Of a stretch of 32,000 bases of DNA, positions 1 to 11,500 are shown piece after piece. A program made the translations under genes and the position numbers. The first letter of the stretch is position 1. Each line of letters starts with the position of its first letter. Location of the stretch: the NCBI RefSeq assembly GCF_009734345.1, contig NZ_CP032551.1:1020001-1052000 (forward strand), read 5' to 3'. Under the pieces are notes generated by a model, which saw only the letters and a list, made by a program, of their open reading frames with translations, searched no databases and was not told the DNA's origin. The stretch is from Pseudidiomarina andamanensis. Lineage in GTDB: Bacteria > Pseudomonadota > Gammaproteobacteria > Enterobacterales > Alteromonadaceae.

Positions 1-224
1 AAGCAGGTCACAATACCCGTGTCCTGACAAATTGGGCGATGCCCTTGCGCCGACATACGTGAGTTCGTTAGCACTTGCGCAATCGCATTCTTAGCGGCTT
101 CGCTTTGCTCACGGTGATAAGCCTTTTCAAGCGCTTGAACAAAATCCAATGGGTGATAGTACGAAATGTACTGTAGAGCATCAGCAATGCTCTCGATAAA
201 ATCTGCCTGACGAATTGTAGCCAT
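1..224 (-). CDS. Class I (Fe-S) fumarate hydratase / Fe-S hydro-lyase, N-terminal fragment; the gene runs off the window start
   Basis: Reverse-strand translation from the ATG at rc 222-224 gives MATIRQADFIESIADALQYISYYHPLDFVQALEKAYHREQSEAAKNAIAQVLTNSRMSAQGHRPICQDTGIVTC. The ICQDTG motif and overall N-terminus are typical of class I fumarase / tartrate dehydratase alpha-type proteins. It is truncated, so it is absent from the ORF track. Confidence 0.65.
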   Translation of the reverse strand, partial: MATIRQADFIESIADALQYISYYHPLDFVQALEKAYHREQSEAAKNAIAQVLTNSRMSAQGHRPICQDTGIVTC

Positions 225-379
225 GAATACCTCGGAACTTAGCTTGGTTCGAATTTCAAGGGGTAACGTAAAGTTGACGCTATCATAGCGTTTTGTCGGC
301 TGGCTGACTAGTTTCGATGGCACTTCCGCAGGGTAGAATATGATATGCTTTTACGCATTGTAGCAACGGAGTAAATGTT

Positions 380-1720
380 GTGCCCTTATACGCAGTTCAA
401 TTACCTATTACCGACTCTTTTTCGGCGCTTTTTTGTCGTTGTAAAGATGAGCCTATGGCGCTATTTCTTGATAGCTGTGAGCATGCGGCGGGGCAATGGG
501 ATTTTATCTTTCGCCAACCACAACTTGTTGTGACTAAGAGTAAAAATTGGCCAAGAGTACTTGAACGCGCTTTACAAACATTGCCTAACTATCAAGGGCC
601 ACCTCGGTTACCGTTTCAAGGAGGATTAGCCGGCGCTTGGAGCTATGACGCGGGGCGAGCATTAGAAACGTTACCAACCGCAGCGCACGCAGACATCGAA
701 CTTCCCGAGCTTTGTGTTGGACTCTACACGCAAGCATTAATGCGAGATCGAAAAACTGGGAAAACCTGGCTTCTAGCTCCACAAGAAGAACTCGAGACAT
801 TAAAAGAATTCTGGTTATCGCCTTCAGTAGCTAAACCAAACCAAGTTCCATTTCAATTGCTGACTTCTTGGCAGAGCAATATGTCAGCGGTCGATTACGC
901 CGATAATTTTGCCCGTGTTCAAAGTTACTTACGCGCTGGTGATTGCTATCAAATTAATCTCGCCCAACGTTTTACCAGCCTCTACGAGGGCGACACCTGG
1001 CAGGCTTATGAACTGCTCCGTGAGCACAACAATGCGCCTTTCTCAGCATTTATGCAGCTTGAGCAGGGATCATTACTATCGCTGTCTCCAGAGCGTTTTC
1101 TTGCCATTGACGAACTTGGAAATGTTGAAACCAAACCGATCAAAGGAACTCGCCCACGTGCAGCCAATGCTCAAAAAGATCGTCAGTTAGCCGACGAATT
1201 GCAGCACTCAAGTAAAGATCGTGCCGAAAACGTCATGATCGTCGACTTGTTGAGAAATGATTTGAGCCGGCTCTGTCTGCCTCGCTCAGTGAAAGTACCC
1301 AAACTATTTGCGATTGAATCGTATCCAGCGGTTCATCATTTAGTGAGTACCGTTACCGGAAAACTAAGCTCAACCACTCAAAACATTCAATTATTTGCGG
1401 CTTGCTTTCCAGGGGGTTCAATTACAGGCGCACCTAAAATTCGTGCCATGGAAATTATTGATGAACTTGAGCCACACCGCCGCAGCTTTTATTGCGGGAG
1501 TTTTGGATACTTCTCACAGCACGGTCGCGCAGATACAAGCATTGCTATTCGTACTTTAGTGGCGACTCGCTCAGCCGATCAACAAGGTGCTCTGCACTGT
1601 TGGGCCGGCGGAGGTCTTGTTGCTGATTCAGATTGCGCTAGTGAATATCAAGAAACATTCGATAAAGTCGCACGTATTACGCCTGTACTTACGCAGCAAT
1701 TCGGACCACAATCGTCATGA
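380..1720 (+). CDS. pabB: Aminodeoxychorismate synthase component I
   Basis: 446 aa chorismate-binding enzyme with motifs [38 protein letters not shown] and [19 protein letters not shown] start with GGAG about 8 nt upstream. pabB-nudL-sdaA order matches E. coli. Confidence 0.85.
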   Translation: MPLYAVQLPITDSFSALFCRCKDEPMALFLDSCEHAAGQWDFIFRQPQLVVTKSKNWPRVLERALQTLPNYQGPPRLPFQGGLAGAWSYDAGRALETLPTAAHADIELPELCVGLYTQALMRDRKTGKTWLLAPQEELETLKEFWLSPSVAKPNQVPFQLLTSWQSNMSAVDYADNFARVQSYLRAGDCYQINLAQRFTSLYEGDTWQAYELLREHNNAPFSAFMQLEQGSLLSLSPERFLAIDELGNVETKPIKGTRPRAANAQKDRQLADELQHSSKDRAENVMIVDLLRNDLSRLCLPRSVKVPKLFAIESYPAVHHLVSTVTGKLSSTTQNIQLFAACFPGGSITGAPKIRAMEIIDELEPHRRSFYCGSFGYFSQHGRADTSIAIRTLVATRSADQQGALHCWAGGGLVADSDCASEYQETFDKVARITPVLTQQFGPQSS

Positions 1721-2313
1721 CACGCGATGAGTTCTTGCGCCGCTTTCAACTCCACCCTGCACCGTTAATTCAACGCCCGTTGATTAAGCGCTTGCGCCCA
1801 GCAGCAGTGTTAGTACCTCTATTTGAACAAAACGGCGAATTACATGTCATTTTGACACAACGTAGCGCGCAGCTGCGTCATCATGCTGGCCAAATTAGCT
1901 TCCCAGGTGGACGCCAAGAACCGCATGACCCTGATTTATACGCAACAGCCGTGCGTGAAGCCCAAGAGGAAATTGGATTATTACCAGAAGATGTGACGCT
2001 GGTTGGTCAACTACATGACTATCCGGTCATCAGTAACTTCCTGATTCGGCCTTATGTCGTGCTCATTAATCCAAGTCAGCCGTTAGAACGCGATCATCGC
2101 GAAGTTGCCGAAATCTTTACGGTGCCACTGCGCGAAGTCCTTCATCAAAACAAACATTTTGTATACCGATTAAGGCGTTTCATATACGATCAGGTATACT
2201 TTATTCCGTATCAGCAAAGAAACATCTGGGGCGCTACCGCTGGAATTTTGCGTGAACTAGCTGATCACGTGTATCCTGAGCGGCAACTTATTTATCGCCC
2301 TTTAAACGACTAA
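1717..2313 (+). CDS. nudL: NUDIX hydrolase, CoA pyrophosphatase type
   Basis: 198 aa with Nudix box [25 protein letters not shown]. The N-terminus (FLRRFQL...AAVLVPL) resembles E. coli NudL/YeaB. ATGA start/stop overlap with pabB. Confidence 0.8.
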   Translation: MTRDEFLRRFQLHPAPLIQRPLIKRLRPAAVLVPLFEQNGELHVILTQRSAQLRHHAGQISFPGGRQEPHDPDLYATAVREAQEEIGLLPEDVTLVGQLHDYPVISNFLIRPYVVLINPSQPLERDHREVAEIFTVPLREVLHQNKHFVYRLRRFIYDQVYFIPYQQRNIWGATAGILRELADHVYPERQLIYRPLND

Positions 2314-2331
2314 TGGAAGCATAGTTAATTT

Positions 2332-3705
2332 ATGATCAGTGTGTTTGATATCTACAAAGTTGGCATCGGTCCTTCAAGCTCGCATACCGTGGGCCCAATG
2401 CGCGCCGCATATGAATTTCTATTGGCAGCTGATAAGGCTATTGGATTGACAGATATTGACGGTATTGTGGTTGAGTTGTTCGGCTCATTAGGGCAAACCG
2501 GAAAAGGACATGGAACGGGTAAGGCAGTTATTCTTGGACTTGCGGGTGAGCAACCGGAAACCGTCGATACAACAACCGTTGATGACTTTCTAAAACGCAC
2601 CGAAGAAACGCAAACCCTTGCGTTGCTGGGGCAACATGAAATCAAGTTTCCTCGTGAAGGAGCCATAGTTTTCCACCGTCGAAAAACCATGCCGCGTCAC
2701 GCGAATGCGATGGAATTGCGCCTCTACAAGAATAACGAAGTCGTTTATAAAGACCTTTATTATTCAATTGGCGGTGGTTTTATTGTACGTGATGCCGATT
2801 TTGAAGACACTTTAGAAGAAGCGATTGAGCAATCTTCGAAGCCTATCCCCTATCCGTTTGATAGTTGCGATGAGCTACTCAAGCATTGTCATGAGCATGG
2901 CTTGCGAATTAGTTCGCTTATGTTAGCTAACGAAAAAGTTTTTCGTAGCGAAGACGAAATTCGTAAAAATTTGATGCATATCTGGAAGACAATGGACGAA
3001 TGTATCGACCGCGGTATTCGTACCGAAGGAATTCTTCCTGGTGGTTTAAAAGTGCGTCGTCGTGCACCGGGCTTGTACCAGCGATTGAAAAACGAAAAGT
3101 CTGCCGACCCGATGCAAACGATGGACTGGGTCGATCTATTTGCACTCGCAGTAAACGAAGAAAATGCTGCCGGCGGACGCGTCGTCACTGCGCCGACTAA
3201 TGGCGCTGCCGGTATTATCCCTGCGGTAATGAAATACGCCGATAAATTTATTGCTCCGTTAGATGAAGAAACCGTTGTCCGGTTCTTACTAACATCCGCT
3301 GCGATTGGCATTTTATATAAAAAGAATGCCTCGATTTCTGGTGCAGAAGTTGGTTGTCAGGGCGAGGTAGGTGTGGCTTGTTCAATGGCTGCAGGTGCCT
3401 TAGCTGAACTGATGGGTGGCGGTGTTAGTGCCGTAGAAAACGCTGCGGAAATCGGTATGGAGCATAACCTTGGCCTAACTTGTGACCCAGTTGGCGGTTT
3501 GGTTCAAGTACCATGTATTGAACGCAACGCCATGGGCTCAATCAAAGCGATTAATGCTGCTCGTCTTGCCCTACGCGGAAGTGGAGACCACAAGGTTTCG
3601 TTAGATAAAGTTATTAAAACCATGTGGGATACCGGAAATGATATGAAAACCAAATACAAAGAAACCGCTCGCGGCGGTTTGGCAGTCAATATTATCGAGT
3701 GTTAG
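2332..3705 (+). CDS. sdaA: L-serine ammonia-lyase (L-serine dehydratase, Fe-S type)
   Basis: 457 aa. N-terminus [23 protein letters not shown] and C-terminal [20 protein letters not shown] are hallmark SdaA/SdaB motifs. Confidence 0.92.
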   Translation: MISVFDIYKVGIGPSSSHTVGPMRAAYEFLLAADKAIGLTDIDGIVVELFGSLGQTGKGHGTGKAVILGLAGEQPETVDTTTVDDFLKRTEETQTLALLGQHEIKFPREGAIVFHRRKTMPRHANAMELRLYKNNEVVYKDLYYSIGGGFIVRDADFEDTLEEAIEQSSKPIPYPFDSCDELLKHCHEHGLRISSLMLANEKVFRSEDEIRKNLMHIWKTMDECIDRGIRTEGILPGGLKVRRRAPGLYQRLKNEKSADPMQTMDWVDLFALAVNEENAAGGRVVTAPTNGAAGIIPAVMKYADKFIAPLDEETVVRFLLTSAAIGILYKKNASISGAEVGCQGEVGVACSMAAGALAELMGGGVSAVENAAEIGMEHNLGLTCDPVGGLVQVPCIERNAMGSIKAINAARLALRGSGDHKVSLDKVIKTMWDTGNDMKTKYKETARGGLAVNIIEC

Positions 3706-3731
3706 CCCGCGGTTCAAACTGAACTGCTCAC

Positions 3732-4760
<1,029 letters not shown>

Positions 4761-4796
4761 CTAACCTATTTATTCCAAGTTGAATTTGAGGAAATT

Positions 4797-5135
4797 GTGA
4801 GCAGTTTACAAGAACAACTTCAAAAACTCGGTTTCCAACAAACCGATGCGCCCGCTGAAAACGCCAACGATGACGCGTCAGCAACAATCGATAAATCACA
4901 AATCGTTCGTATTCAACGGCAAACAAAAGGCCGTAAAGGGAAAGGTGTAACCGTTTTATTTGATCTTCCGCAGCAACCAAGTTTACTGGCTGACTATGCC
5001 TCTCAGTTACGTAAAACTTGCGGCGTTGGTGGTGCGGTGAAAGATGGCACCATCGAGTTGCAAGGTGATCAACGTGAAAAAGCAAAATTGTGGTTAGAAC
5101 AACATGAGTTCAAAGTAAAGTTAGCCGGCGGTTAA
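4797..5135 (+). CDS. yciH: SUI1-family translation initiation factor-like protein YciH
   Basis: 112 aa. VRIQRQTKGRKGKGVTV...CGVGGAVKDGTIELQGDQRE...KVKLAGG matches E. coli YciH. GTG start preceded by GAGGA. Confidence 0.85.
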   Translation: MSSLQEQLQKLGFQQTDAPAENANDDASATIDKSQIVRIQRQTKGRKGKGVTVLFDLPQQPSLLADYASQLRKTCGVGGAVKDGTIELQGDQREKAKLWLEQHEFKVKLAGG

Positions 5136-5137
5136 CG

Positions 5138-6796
5138 CTAGAGTACGTATTTGAAAGATACCGTTCGTGTTTCTGAATCCCACTGTAAATCGGTTGTCAT
5201 TTGCCGTAACAGCTCTAACCCACGCCCATGAGTTTTCTCCACTAAGTTAGAAGCTACAGCAACATCTGCTGTTCCTCGACCATTATCAGAAACGCTGACT
5301 GTTAACTCCTTTGAGCTGGGCTCAAATTGAACTCGAATACGTATTTCGCCATGCTGTAAAGCATGTAAACGCTCTAATCGAAGGCGATAGTACTCAGCAA
5401 AACCTTCCGGATCTTGCTTCATTGTAGAAGTAAGTTCCAATAGACCATGCTCAAGCGCATTGTTAAACGCTTCGGCCAAGAACAAATAAATGGTCGTTCG
5501 ATGCCGACGAAGATGTGGCAACTGACTCAGTGCGGAGAGAATATGCGCAACTGGGTCTATTGTCGTGAGATGTTCAGGACGCAAAACAGATTCAAAAATA
5601 AACGGGAGACCAAATTGGTCTGGTTCGGGTTTGGCCTCGCCCAAGCCTGTTGGCTGACAACTTAGAATGGCAAGCGACAAGTCATCATGTAACGGGGTCT
5701 CACCACGAAAACGTTCAAGCTCATCGACGAGTTCGGCAAAATCTTCCGTACGTGGATACTTTGATAACAGCATTTCGAGGGCTTCAGAGCCTAAAAATTT
5801 ATGCTGATGGCCTAGTAATTCGGTTACGCCATCAGTAAACAACGCAATTGAGCTGCCTTTGGGTGCTCTAAACGTCGCCACACGGCTATCAAACTCATCA
5901 TCATCAACAACGCCAAGCGCCATGTGTGCCGGGGTGAGTCTTTTGAGAATCTCACCTTGTTCATTAAACAGCAATGCTGCCGGCATCCCACCGTTCCAAT
6001 AGGTGACTCGCTCGCCGTTAGCCGATAGCTCCATGAGAATTGCCGCACAAAACATATCATCGGGTAAAAGTCGGCTCATACGGTAATTGAACTCGGTTAC
6101 CATTTCGGCAACCGAAACACCGCGATCAGACATTGCAAAAAACGCCTGCGACAGCGGTAATGCACCAGTCGCAGGTGCCAAACCATGCCCCGTAAAATCC
6201 GCCATTAACATATAAATATTGCCTAACGGACCCGGCGCTATGAGACACAAATCGCCGTTGAATTTTGATACCGGCGTCAAATAGGTATTCACATGTTCAA
6301 ATTCGAGATAATTGCGGCTCAATGCGTTTTGGAAAATATGCTCAACCAACTGATGTTCACGATCAACGCGAGCTTTGTGCCAAGCCAGCGATTGCCTGAG
6401 CCCATCCAGCTGATTATGTGCTGCCTGTAACTCGCATAGATATTCGAGGCGTTGTTTTAGAAAGTTTGATGCCAGCGGCCACAATAAAGCATCGGTTGTC
6501 ATCGTTCCAAACTGCTGGAAAAGGATTGGGCTATCGGTAATAACCATACTTTGAAAGGTGTTTAACTGTAGTAGGTGATGAACTCGCTCAGTGTCGCAGC
6601 CCTCTCCCACCACAACAATGAACAGATTATTGTCATTCTCTACTGACGATGCCGCCACCTCTTCCACGAGGCAAGCTTTAACAACCACATTTGGAAGTAA
6701 ACTTGACTGTGCAATGACGTCGCGCGATAGATCCGAGCCATCATGAACAACAGACACCTGTATCGGCTGAGCTGCTGGCTCATAAAAACTGTTCAT
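5138..6796 (-). CDS. Three-domain partner-switching protein: N-terminal receiver-like domain, PP2C/SpoIIE phosphatase, C-terminal RsbW-type HATPase serine kinase (CrsR/HsbR-like)
   Basis: 552 aa. The central region (GDLCLIAPGP...ADFTGHGLAPA...LFTDGVTE...DDLSL) is SpoIIE/PP2C-like. The C-terminus has an N-box (AEAFNNALEHG), G1 (SDNGRG) and G2 (HGRGL). It sits 2 nt downstream of a STAS gene. Confidence 0.8.
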   Translation of the reverse strand: MNSFYEPAAQPIQVSVVHDGSDLSRDVIAQSSLLPNVVVKACLVEEVAASSVENDNNLFIVVVGEGCDTERVHHLLQLNTFQSMVITDSPILFQQFGTMTTDALLWPLASNFLKQRLEYLCELQAAHNQLDGLRQSLAWHKARVDREHQLVEHIFQNALSRNYLEFEHVNTYLTPVSKFNGDLCLIAPGPLGNIYMLMADFTGHGLAPATGALPLSQAFFAMSDRGVSVAEMVTEFNYRMSRLLPDDMFCAAILMELSANGERVTYWNGGMPAALLFNEQGEILKRLTPAHMALGVVDDDEFDSRVATFRAPKGSSIALFTDGVTELLGHQHKFLGSEALEMLLSKYPRTEDFAELVDELERFRGETPLHDDLSLAILSCQPTGLGEAKPEPDQFGLPFIFESVLRPEHLTTIDPVAHILSALSQLPHLRRHRTTIYLFLAEAFNNALEHGLLELTSTMKQDPEGFAEYYRLRLERLHALQHGEIRIRVQFEPSSKELTVSVSDNGRGTADVAVASNLVEKTHGRGLELLRQMTTDLQWDSETRTVSFKYVL

Positions 6797-6798
6797 AG

Positions 6799-7104
6799 TT
6801 ATTCAATGACAAATAATTTATCGAAACGCGAAATATCCAAAATGCTTCTAACTTCAGGCCGACAATTGATGATATGAATACCTTTCACTGATTTCCCGAG
6901 CGACTTACGCATATTAAGAAGCATCCCGAGCGCTGAACTATCCAGGTATTCTGTTTCACGTAAATCGATAAATACGGTTGGTTGCTGGTCACCAACATTG
7001 CTGTAGGCTTGACGAAATTCCTGAACCAGCCCGAAGTCAAACTTTCCTTTGATGGCGATAATGAGCTCTTTACCGTCATTGGCAAATTGGCGGTGTAATG
7101 GCAT
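6799..7104 (-). CDS. STAS-domain anti-sigma-factor antagonist (SpoIIAA/RsbV/HsbA-like)
   Basis: 101 aa. It has a typical STAS layout with the phosphorylatable serine motif YLDSSALGML. Confidence 0.85.
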   Translation of the reverse strand: MPLHRQFANDGKELIIAIKGKFDFGLVQEFRQAYSNVGDQQPTVFIDLRETEYLDSSALGMLLNMRKSLGKSVKGIHIINCRPEVRSILDISRFDKLFVIE

Positions 7105-7193
7105 CGTTTCTTCCTTTTAAGATAGCGTTATGTAAATACTGCCAATTACCGCTCGCTAACACAATACTTACTTTTTATACTTTTGCGAAAAGA

Positions 7194-7224
7194 CAAAAAA
7201 AGCCAGAACATTGTCTGGCTTTTT
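7194..7224 (-). terminator. Intrinsic terminator after the amidohydrolase pair
   Basis: Stem AGCCAGA (7201-7207) / TCTGGCT (7214-7220) with a 6-nt loop. It is flanked by an A-run (7195-7200) that reads as a U-tract on the minus strand, about 30 nt downstream of the stop at 7252. Confidence 0.7.
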
Positions 7225-7251
7225 CACATGTCTTATTAAACAAGACTTCTT

Positions 7252-8538
7252 TTAAGGCTTTTGACGATATTTCTGATACAGCTGGTTATGACGATTGTTA
7301 AGGTCAACTTCAGCACCGTCAATGAACATCAAACGAACTTTCTGACCTAATTGATCCATCACATCACCATCTGAAACGAACAGCGATGCATTCTTGCCAA
7401 CTTCAAGTGAGCCAATTTTATCTGCCACGCCCATAACTTCTGCTGGCTTTAAGGTAATTGCGGCGAGCGCTTGTTGTTTATCAAGCCCAAATGCGACCGC
7501 ATTACCCGCAGCAAACGCAAGGTTGCGAATGTCCCAGAAGCCTGTTGAATAGGCAATAGCAAAATCAACGCCTGCTGCAGCAAGAACTGCTGGAGTAGAG
7601 TATGCTTGATCGTACGCTTCGTCATGACGCGTAGGTAAGCCGTACGGTTCGCCGTAGACGACTGAGATATCTTGCGTAGCCAACTTATCGGCAATACGCC
7701 AAGCGTCACGAGCGCCTACAAGAACCAACTCAAAGCCCCACTCTGAAGCAAACTCCATCGCTTGTTCCATCTGACGCTTATCGTGCGCATGCACAAATAG
7801 CTTACTCGTACCGTCAAACAAACCGGTCATCGCTTCCCAGCGTACATCGGTACCGTTAAGTTTATTCGCTTGTTTTGCGTCGTAATAAGCTTTCGCATCA
7901 ACAAATGCTGCTTCTAGTTTTTTCAAGTCAGCGGCATTGGCTTTGCGTTGTTCTTCAGGTGAGCGACGTTCCCACCACGATGTATTAATACCTACCCGCG
8001 GCCAGTTAACGTGAACACCGACATTGAGTGCTTCAGCAGCATCTTCAAACGTCCAGCCATCGGTTTGCAACAAGCTAGAACGACCCGCTATAAGATTGCG
8101 TTGTGGCACAATCTCTGCATGGGTAATACCGTTGTAGCGAACCGTTGGAATAACTTCTGAATCCGGGTTGTATGCGGTATGACCGCTGACTTCTGGCGTA
8201 ATATCACCAACTTCACTCATATCGTTGGTTGCACGAACTGCCGCCAACTCAATCAAACCTAAAGTGGTGTCTAATGCGACAATGCCCGGATAAACTTGCT
8301 TGCCAGAGACGTCAATAACACGGGCATTCTCCGGTACCGATAAATTCGCGCCAATGGCTGTAATTTTGCCATTTTCGAACAATAAATCAGTATCCGTCAT
8401 CACACCGTTCGTGACCGTATTGAGTGTTCCGCCCTGCAGCAATATTGGCTGTTCCTGAGTTTTACCAGGAACCATGTCATGAGCGACTGCAGCCGCACTC
8501 AAACTTGCAGCAACAACGGCTGTTAATAACTTTTTCAT
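7252..8538 (-). CDS. Secreted amidohydrolase-fold protein lacking the HxH metal motif
   Basis: 428 aa with signal peptide MKKLLTAVVAASLSAAAVA. Amidohydrolase-like N-terminal beta-sandwich (ARVIDVSGKQVYPGIVALDTTLG) and C-terminal GSLEVGKNASLFVSDGD element. The ATGA start overlaps the stop of the upstream gene. Confidence 0.75.
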   Translation of the reverse strand: MKKLLTAVVAASLSAAAVAHDMVPGKTQEQPILLQGGTLNTVTNGVMTDTDLLFENGKITAIGANLSVPENARVIDVSGKQVYPGIVALDTTLGLIELAAVRATNDMSEVGDITPEVSGHTAYNPDSEVIPTVRYNGITHAEIVPQRNLIAGRSSLLQTDGWTFEDAAEALNVGVHVNWPRVGINTSWWERRSPEEQRKANAADLKKLEAAFVDAKAYYDAKQANKLNGTDVRWEAMTGLFDGTSKLFVHAHDKRQMEQAMEFASEWGFELVLVGARDAWRIADKLATQDISVVYGEPYGLPTRHDEAYDQAYSTPAVLAAAGVDFAIAYSTGFWDIRNLAFAAGNAVAFGLDKQQALAAITLKPAEVMGVADKIGSLEVGKNASLFVSDGDVMDQLGQKVRLMFIDGAEVDLNNRHNQLYQKYRQKP

Positions 8539-11500
8539 AGTTGCTCTCCTTGATGTGCGTGCACATGTTGATGTTCGCTATGACTGGTGAATTGATCACT
8601 CCATACATCATGGTTGTCTTCACAATGCCAGGTTGGCTGAGGTTTTTTGTAACCGTCGCCATTACCATTTCGCGCACTTTCAGGGCTACGTAATAGCTTC
8701 TGAATCAACTGTTGCTTCTCGGTTTCTAACTGAGCGCGTAACTGCATATCTCGTTCGCGGTCAAAGTATTTCCGAGCATTAATCCACGTTTCTTCAACGG
8801 ATGAGTAAGCACTTAAAGGATGACCGTTCCAGATAACAAAGTCAGCATGTTTGCCTTCCTTAATGCTACCAACGTATTGGTCAATCTTAAGTTGCTTCGC
8901 TGGATTCAAAGTAATCATTTGCAAAGCTTCATGCTCCGACATACCACAGTAGGTCACTGACTTCGCAGCTTCAGTATTCAAGCGACGTTGTAAGTCATTA
9001 CTATCGGAGTTGATACTGGTCAACACACCTTTCTCTGACATTAAGCATGCATTTTGCGGAATCGCATCGTAAACTTCGAATTTGAACGCCCACCAATCAG
9101 CGAATGTTGAACCACCAGCACCATGTTTCGCCATTTCAGAGGCAACTTTGTAGCCTTCCAAAATATGAGTGAACGTAGTCAGGGTAAATCCAAACTCCTC
9201 AGCTAAACGAATGAGCATGAGAATTTCTGATTGCACATATGAGTGAGCATGAACAAAACGTTCACTACGCAGAATTTCAAGCAACGTTTGCAAACGATAA
9301 TCAGGGCGTGGCGGAGCGGTTTTCGCTTTTTCGCTGCGGCTCAATTTCTCGTAAGCATCCATACGTTGTTTATATTCGCGAGCTGCCGTGAAACCGTCTC
9401 GCATCACCGCTTCCACACCCATGCGAGTTTGTGGGTAACGCACAGTAAAGGTAGTACCCCAGTTACTCTGCTTAACGTTCTCACCTAACGCAAATTTAAT
9501 GCTTGGTGGAGCTGCATCAAATTTAAGTGTGTTCGCATCAGCACCCCAACGCAGTTTGATGACCTGAGCTTGACCACCAATTGGGTTCGCCGAGCCGTGT
9601 AACAACTGTGCCATTGTGGTACCGCCGGCAAGCGAGCGATAGATATGAATATCGTCCGGATTCACAACGTCGCCAATACGCACTTCCGAAGTAATCGCCT
9701 CTGAGCCTTCGTTCACACCACCTTCAATGGCAATATGTGAGTGCTCATCGATAATACCTGGGGTGACGTGCTTACCGGTACCATCAATAACGGTGTAGCC
9801 CGATGGGGTATTTAGATCTTTGCCGATTCGATAGAACTCACCATCACGAATCAGCACATCTGTGTTTTCTAATACACCTGCTTCATCGGCTGTCCACACT
9901 GTCGCATTCTTGATATGAATATTTTGACGTTCAGGTAAACCATCCAAACCATAAGCAACATTCGGGAAAGTCACCTTACTGACGTACTCAGCTGCTGTAG
10001 TTGCCCCGTTATCTGACTGCTTTTCATCAGTTGCTGTACGACTTGCTGTTAGCGGGAGCTCGCGGCCATCTGGGGCAATAGCAACGCCAGTAAAGCCATC
10101 GGCTGAAGCCTGCTCAAGACGCATACGCCACGCTCCATCTAAACCAGCAAAGTTCGCATCAACCACAAACTCAACTGCTGAGTCGCTACGTTTTGCATCA
10201 CGAATCTTATTGCTATTGAATTCGCCTGAGATTGATTTACCAGATTTCAATACCAATTCAGCTTGTTCATTTGCAACGGTAACCGCTAAGGTTCCGGCAA
10301 AGTTCGCTTGATGCAGCGGTGTTAATTCAACCTCGTTACCTTGCAGCCATACTGACTTAATGGTGCCGTTGGTGAATAAATCGCCTTCAGCAATGACAAA
10401 GTCAGCCATGTAACCTGGTGCCAATTTACCTGCTTTATCACTTACTCCAGCTATTTTCGCTGGGACAGTTGTCAAAGCCGCAAGTGCTTTATCAGCATCT
10501 AAGCCATGCTGAACGGCACGACGAAGATTCGGCCAAAAATCATCGGCTTTCTTCAACTCGTGTAAGGTAAATGAAAAATCAATATCGGCTTGAGCAAGCG
10601 CTGCCGCGTTACCCGGAGCTCGTTCCCAATGTCGCAAATCAGCGAGGCTCACATCCAAATGGTCATCAACACCTTTTACTTCAGGTGCAGCAGGGAAATT
10701 CAACGGCAGAATAATTGGTGACTTGGTGTTCTTGATCGCATCTAAACGTGCATACTCATAGCCTGAGCCTAAGTATGTTACTGGTACGTTAAATTGAGAA
10801 AAAACATCATTCGCACGTAATAACGAACGATCATCAGAAATTTTGAAGACTACGCCATCACTTTCAATATTCGCCAGTTCAGCTAACGCCGCGTTGTATT
10901 CAACCGGCATGTTGTAAGCATCTTTACCGTAAGCCTGCTCATACCAATTCGCATCAGAGAGTGTTTGGCGAATAAGCGCAATAGAGCCCATCAACGATGA
11001 TGGATATTGTTGCAACGAAGAACCTTTATCAAAAGAACCGAAGTGACGTGCGCGAGGGTTATAAACTGCATTATTCGCAATTGTATCAGCCAAAGAAACC
11101 GTTACGGCCTGACCTTGGAAAATACCATCTAACCTGGCGCTTTGAACCGAAGTGAAGCCTTGATTAATGTAGTCTTTCGCTGCTTTGCTATCGGTTGCAA
11201 ATTTGTCTACCCAATCCACTTGTGAGTGAATTGCATCATTTGCTGCATTACCACCTTCACGCTTGTTATTGTATTGCGGCGTAGCACTGCGGTATGGAGG
11301 ACGATCTGGCTTTTCGACAGCCGGAACACCGTAATTACTGTAGGCGTCAATAAAGCCTGGGTAGATTGTGTGTCCACTGACATCAATTACCCGAGCGCCT
11401 TCAGGTGCACGGTTATTACGTGCAACAGCTACAACCTTGCCATTATTGATAACTAAAGTCGCATTTTCGAGTTTTTTACCTGGTTCCGTCACAATCGTTG

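Noticed and set aside
3706-3731. Hairpin GCGGTTCA-AAC-TGAACTGC between convergent sdaA and cysB as a terminator
   Set aside because: The stem is 8 bp including one G-U pair, with a 3-nt loop and no U-tract on either strand. That is too weak to annotate as a terminator.
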